Assembly (NCBI GenBank): GCA_963663405.2
Contig: CAXXSM010000132.1
Coordinates: 64,001-128,000, forward strand
Source of the DNA: a bacterium
GTDB taxonomy: Bacteria > Hinthialibacterota > Hinthialibacteria > Hinthialibacterales > Hinthialibacteraceae
Length of the DNA stretch: 64,000 nt
Reading direction: 5' to 3'
In this document: piece after piece, positions 61,780-64,000 of the stretch
How the letters are laid out: each line of letters begins with the position of its first letter
Position numbering within the stretch: the stretch's first letter is position 1
Translations under genes and position numbers: made by a program
The notes under the pieces: generated by a model
What the model saw: the letters and a program-made list of their open reading frames with translations, nothing else
Told to the model about the DNA's origin: nothing
Databases searched by the model: none

Positions 61780-63137
61780 AAGATATCCAACGGCTGCGGA
61801 AGTGGGATCATCAATACGTCTGGCATCCATTCACACAGATGCAGGATTACGTCAAACAGGAACCGCTGATTATCGCCCGCGCTGAAGGCGCGTATCTCTA
61901 TGATATAAAGGGGAAGCGGTATTTCGATGGCAACTCTCACTGTGGGTTAATCTGCATGGACACCTGCGACCGGAAATAACCAAGGCGATCAAGAACCAAG
62001 CGGACCGGATCGCGCATTCAACCCTGCTGGGATCAGCAAATGTTCCTTCCATCGAATTCGCCAAGAGATTAATCGATTGCGCTCCCGTAGGATTGGAAAA
62101 AGTCTTTTACTCTGACAACGGTTCAACGGCAGTCGAGGCCGCTTTAAAAATCGCGTTTCAATATTGGCGTCAATCCAAACCACCCCGTGAAAAACGGATC
62201 ACCTACATCAGTTTCCAGGAAGCCTACCACGGCGACACAGTCGGCAGTGTCAGCGTGGGCGGTATGGATCTTTTTCACGGTATTTTCGGCCCCCTTTTGT
62301 TCAGCCATCATAGTGTTCCCTATCCGGTTTACTCCAAATATACATCGCAAGAAACAACCCGGCGCGATCGCGGACCGTTCCTTGGACGCCTGCGAACAGG
62401 TGATGAAAGAACATGGAGAAGAAATCGCCGCAGTGTTGGTTGAACCGCTGATCCAAGGCGCGGCGGGATTGCGTACCCAGGCCCCCGGTTTCTTGAAAGG
62501 GCTGCGGGAATTGTGTGACCGGTATGAGATCTTCTTGATCGTGGACGAAGTCTTCACTGGATTCGGCCGGACGGGAACCATGTTTGCTTGTGAGAGGGAA
62601 GGTGTTTCCCCGGATTTAATGGCGTTAGCGAAAGGAATCACGGGCGGGTACCTTCCATTAGCCGCGACTCTTGCCACACAAAGAATTTTTAATGGTTTTC
62701 TCGGCGTCCATTCTGAATACCGCACATTCTTCCATGGTCATAGCTACACAGGCAATCAACTGGGCTGCGCGCGCGGCAGGGGGTGGCCATTGCTTTTGGA
62801 TCTCTTTGCATCAGATAATACATTGGAACGCATGAAACCAGTCATCGCTCATCTTGAGAAACGGCTCGATAACCTGTTTGATCAATGCGATTGTGTGGGC
62901 GATATTCATCAATGCGGTCTGACGGCTGGAATCGATTTAATCCGCAGCAGGTCGAAAGGCGAACAATATCCAATGGATCAAACTGTAGGGGCCGATGTCT
63001 GTTTCGCGCTGCGGGAGTATGGGATCTGGCTGCGGCCGCTGGGCAATACGTTGGTCTTAGTCCCTCCATTGATCACAACCATTGAAGAAATTGATTTTCT
63101 GATCGATTCCATTGAAGATTGCTTGCAGAAACTGTAA
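61743..63137 (+). CDS. bioA: DAPA aminotransferase, frameshifted
   Basis: VWHPFTQM, FYSDNGSTAVE.ALK, YHGDT, DEVFTGFGRTG, KGITGGYLPLA, FFHGHSYTGN, LRPLGN. Confidence 0.9.
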
Positions 63138-63300
63138 ATTTATTCTATATTCAATGGGATTGTGTAGAAATTCTCTAGTAAATCGTTCTTCATCCACTAT
63201 GCATTGAATCAATGCGATCGCGGCGCCATCTTGACACACGCTCTTTCCTAAATTAACGTTTGTATTGTATTTAAGTTATCATCAGTGAAATTGGATTGAA

Positions 63301-64000
63301 ATGAACAGTGTCGAAGCAGTCTTGGATTCTTTCCGGTCTGATGCGCGGTTTCGAAACAACATTACGTTCTGGCATACCATCCCGCCGGAACCGGCGGTGT
63401 ATGGCGATTGGCCGGAAGGATTTAACGCGGATTTACAAGCGCTTGCTCGAGAAACGGGGTATTCAACAACTCTATTCCCATCAATCGGAAGCGATTGAGC
63501 GAGCGTTGCAGAGAGAAAACATCATCGTTGTCACTCCTACCGCGTCCGGAAAAACTTTATGTTATAACCTGCCGGTATTAAATCACCTTGTCACGGAGAA
63601 TCCGGAAGCGCGGGCTTTGTATCTCTTCCCGACGAAAGCTCTCTCACAGGATCAGCTGCTTGAACTGCGTGAACTGTCATCAGGTTTGGGACGGGATATC
63701 AAAGTACACACATTTGACGGCGACACCCCACAGAACGCCCGCAGGGCGATTCGGAACTCCGGCCATATCGTTGTTACCAATCCTGATATGCTGCATACAG
63801 GTATTTTGCCCCATCATACATTATGGATTCGCCTGTTTGAGAACCTTCGCTATGTTGTTGTAGATGAGGTGCATCATTATCGTGGTGTATTCGGCAGTCA
63901 TCTTTCGAATTTGATGCGCCGGTTGAAAAGAATTTGCCGATTTTATGACTCGAATCCCCAATTTATCTGCTGCTCGGCGACCATCGCCAATCCAAGAGAA
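63301..64000 (+). CDS. DEAD/DEAH helicase (MrfA/YprA-like), partial and frameshifted
   Basis: LYSHQ, TPTASGKTLCYNLP, FPTKALSQDQ, DGDTP, TNPDMLH, DEVH.YRGVFGSH, SATIANP. Confidence 0.9.

Overview
64 kb of bacterial chromosome with many secreted proteins and signalling genes. It has five paralogous N-methyl pilin-like genes (FTLIELLIVVAIIGILAAIAVPNF...), a long N-extended GreA and secreted proteins ending in V-x-x-W-x-[LM]-[YF]. Together these suggest, by inference only, a poorly characterised lineage such as Hinthialibacterota (OLB16) or Sumerlaeota (BRC1). Recognisable genes: umuDC, a RES-domain gene, BlaI/BlaR1, a Vsr-Dcm fusion, two TA pairs, fliW-csrA, two large hybrid kinases, bioD/bioA, an NCS1 permease and a DEAD/H helicase. 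Most notable observations: (1) a signal-peptide/TPR/TM/Zn-ribbon protein fused to a PilB/GspE ATPase with all catalytic motifs degenerate, next to hypervariable pilins; (2) an integrase-less integron cassette array at 13.1-14.8 kb with two clear attC sites; (3) a related STN/secretin-N0-like domain inserted in both a Wzm permease and an M56-FliF_C-PDZ-dead S41 mosaic; (4) a four-helix-bundle gene enclosed by about 40-bp inverted repeats inside an apparent operon; (5) a shared C-terminal motif on secreted CBM9-like proteins. The many frameshifts at 1.8-2.2 kb and 53-64 kb look like uncorrected long-read indels. No rRNA, tRNA or CRISPR array was seen. All family calls come from motif recognition by eye, not database searches.
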